From contig CBDCNQ010000004.1 in NCBI GenBank assembly GCA_965219445.1, positions 736,001-800,000 of the forward strand: DNA of 64,000 nucleotides. Reading direction: 5' to 3'. Positions 61,839 to 64,000 of the stretch are shown in pieces. This DNA is from Longimicrobiales bacterium. GTDB taxonomy: Bacteria > Gemmatimonadota > Gemmatimonadetes > Longimicrobiales > Gaopeijiaceae. Positions within the stretch are counted from its first letter, which is position 1, and each line of letters starts with the position of its first letter. The notes under the pieces are model-generated. The model worked only from the letters and a program-made list of their open reading frames with translations. It was not told where the DNA came from and searched no databases. The position numbers and the translations under genes are program-made.

Positions 61839-64000
61839 TTAGTTCCCCACCTGCTCCCTCAACTCCTCGGCGCAGTTGTCGACGAGGATGAGTTCGGTGG
61901 CCGATTCCCCCTCGTCGATCCGCAGCATCACGATCCGCTGATCGTCGGGACTCACGTCGTACTGAGGGTGGCCGTTACTAGAGATGTAGTCGGCCATCGA
62001 GAACAGTACTTCCTGCTGACCTAGCGGATCCGTGGGACTTCCAGTGACCTCGACGGACACGAGTTCGTTGGCCCCATTCCGGTAGAACAGTTCTCGGCCA
62101 CCGTGTGCCCAGACAGGCGCCTGGCCCCCGGCTGTGGATACCTGCCACCGGGGCGACGTTGCGTCTGGGAAGAGGCGAACGTAGACCTCGGCTCGCCCCG
62201 AAGCGTTCGAGACGTAGGCCAGCCAGCGATCGTCGGGTGAAAGGGCCGGGGAGTATTCCTGGAATTCGGTCGCCGCGAGCGGCACCGGCGGACCGTCCAT
62301 CCCGGGCCGCATGGCATAGAGGTCACCCAAACCCGCGCCGACTCCTCCCTCACGGAAGACGAGCCACTGACCGTCCGATGAGTAGAACGCCTCATAGATG
62401 TCGAGCTCCCGGTCCAGAAGCAGTTCAGCCGTGCTACTCCCGTCTGCTTGGGTGCTCCACAGGTCGTTACCGCCAGCACGATTCGACACGAACGTCAACG
62501 CGCCCCCCTGCGGCGACCATTCTGCACTGCTGTTCAACCCGCTTGCGAACGTCAGCCGCGACAGCGGGCCCGTGTCCAGCTGTTTGATCCACAAGTCCGT
62601 TGTCCCACCGTCCGTTGTCGGGATTGATATCGCGAGGCGGGTGCCATCTGGCGAGAGCGAGGGCCTCGAGTAGACCGTATTTCCCCTCGCTCTCCATGTC
62701 GGATCGATCTCTCTGGCAGTTCCCTCTTGGTCCACCCATACAGGAGTGACCAGTCCTTCAGAATTGCTTGCCAGATAGACAAGCCCACCGGTCTGGGATA
62801 CGGCGTAGGATGCCGCTCCGACTTCGGTCCCGCCAGCGATCAAACCGTCGGCTACGGGAAGGGCGGCACCTGTGATTTCCCGCTGTTCCGCGTCAAAGGA
62901 TGCAGCCAGGAGCGTTGCTTCGGTCGCGTCCTGGAACAGTAGATGTCCGGTGACACTGTAAATGGGCGCTCGGCCGGGTATGAGGTCTCTGATTTCTCCC
63001 GATTCGACATCTACCGCGTGGATTCTGGGGTCCGCGTTCCCCCCCCGGCTGACCTCGAAGACCGCGCTCATTCCGTTGGGGAGGATGTCCGGGTACCTGT
63101 GGCGCACATCTCCGGCGGCCGTATCCACCCGCGTGACGATCTCCGGTGTCCCGCCCGCCGCTGGCACGCGGCTTAGGCCTCCGGCGAGGTTCGTGTAATA
63201 GACCCAGGCACCGTCCGGACTCCACGTTGGACAGCACGACACCGAGTCCGTGAGCGTCCGTCCGCCCCCTCCCAAGAGCGGGACGACCCGAATCAAGCCG
63301 ACGGCGCGGAAGGCCACCTCTTGGCCGTCCGGCGAAATCGACGGGCGCAAAGCGCTTTCCGTATCGGGGATCGGCGCGGCCTCCAGCTCATCCCACCGTC
63401 TCAGCCAAAGCCGCTGTTGCTCGGCATCACCGGCACCCACGTAGACCAACAGCGATCCGTCTCGCGATAGGTCGAGGTCCGGGAAGTCCGGATTGATCGC
63501 TTGTTCCTCGGGAATGCGCACGGAAAAGCGGGTCACCGGTTCCGGAGGCTCACGGCTCAGAAACGACAAGAGCGTCGTTGTCGCGAAGACGACAGTGGTT
63601 GCGGCTAAAGTGGTCGTCAGCCAGTTCCACAGCCCCGACCGCGCGCCGGCTCCAACAGCCGTCCCCTCCCCGTGCCGGAAGTGCTCATCCCCCAACGCCC
63701 GCACGAAGTCCTGCGCCGACGTGAACCGATCCGCCGGCAGCTTCTCCAGGGCACAACGGAGAGCGGCATCCACGTTCTCTGGTACCGATGCACGCTTCTT
63801 CGTGGCCGACGCGGTCTCGCCCGCGATGATCTGCCCGAGCACCGCCTGCGCTGTGCTCCCCATGTACGGAGGGTCACCGGTCAGCATCTCGTACAACACT
63901 GCGCCCAGTGCGTAGGTGTCGGTCGAAGGGCCGACGTGTTGGTCGCCTGTCGCCTGCTCGGGGCTCATGTAGTACGGAGTTCCCATACTCAGGCCCGTCT
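61839..64000 (-). CDS. Ser/Thr kinase + TM + TolB/PD40 beta-propeller (5' part outside the window)
   Basis: GTPYYMSPEQ, DTYALGAVLYEMLTG; TM; repeated SPDG/WSPDG blades. Confidence 0.9.
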   Translation of the reverse strand, partial: TGLSMGTPYYMSPEQATGDQHVGPSTDTYALGAVLYEMLTGDPPYMGSTAQAVLGQIIAGETASATKKRASVPENVDAALRCALEKLPADRFTSAQDFVRALGDEHFRHGEGTAVGAGARSGLWNWLTTTLAATTVVFATTTLLSFLSREPPEPVTRFSVRIPEEQAINPDFPDLDLSRDGSLLVYVGAGDAEQQRLWLRRWDELEAAPIPDTESALRPSISPDGQEVAFRAVGLIRVVPLLGGGGRTLTDSVSCCPTWSPDGAWVYYTNLAGGLSRVPAAGGTPEIVTRVDTAAGDVRHRYPDILPNGMSAVFEVSRGGNADPRIHAVDVESGEIRDLIPGRAPIYSVTGHLLFQDATEATLLAASFDAEQREITGAALPVADGLIAGGTEVGAASYAVSQTGGLVYLASNSEGLVTPVWVDQEGTAREIDPTWRARGNTVYSRPSLSPDGTRLAISIPTTDGGTTDLWIKQLDTGPLSRLTFASGLNSSAEWSPQGGALTFVSNRAGGNDLWSTQADGSSTAELLLDRELDIYEAFYSSDGQWLVFREGGVGAGLGDLYAMRPGMDGPPVPLAATEFQEYSPALSPDDRWLAYVSNASGRAEVYVRLFPDATSPRWQVSTAGGQAPVWAHGGRELFYRNGANELVSVEVTGSPTDPLGQQEVLFSMADYISSNGHPQYDVSPDDQRIVMLRIDEGESATELILVDNCAEELREQVGN

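Overview
GC-rich bacterial window; the gene families and the Ser/Thr kinase N-terminus style suggest Gemmatimonadota, but this is inference. Most of it is housekeeping and signalling genes: three class III nucleotidyl cyclases, ccdA, a cardiolipin-synthase-like PLD, Fur, NrnA, fused E1 alpha/beta, NDH-2, MoeB/MoeZ, hemB, hemE, transporters, vapBC, ilvB/ilvN, a PQQ dehydrogenase operon, M14 peptidases and two Ser/Thr kinases. The most striking structure is at 24.5-30.9 kb. An intact stand-alone tRNA-Ile(GAU) is followed by two direct copies of its 3' half, both starting at the anticodon stem-loop. They delimit two tandem integrated islets with no integrase. Each islet has its own 12-bp-period repeats (candidate integrase arm sites) near both ends. 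One islet carries an intact kinase-TolB-TPR gene; the other carries a DUF3891-like gene and gene remnants. The array abuts an IS3 remnant that truncates a HEAT-repeat gene. Also notable are a DedA-CoaE-PHP triple fusion next to NrnA, a rhodanese-rich sulfur cluster, cyclases with non-canonical specificity residues, divergent ilvB/ilvN, two homopolymer frameshifts and an apparently internally deleted GH105-like gene. All family calls are by eye from motifs; no searches were run. No CRISPR array or rRNA was seen.
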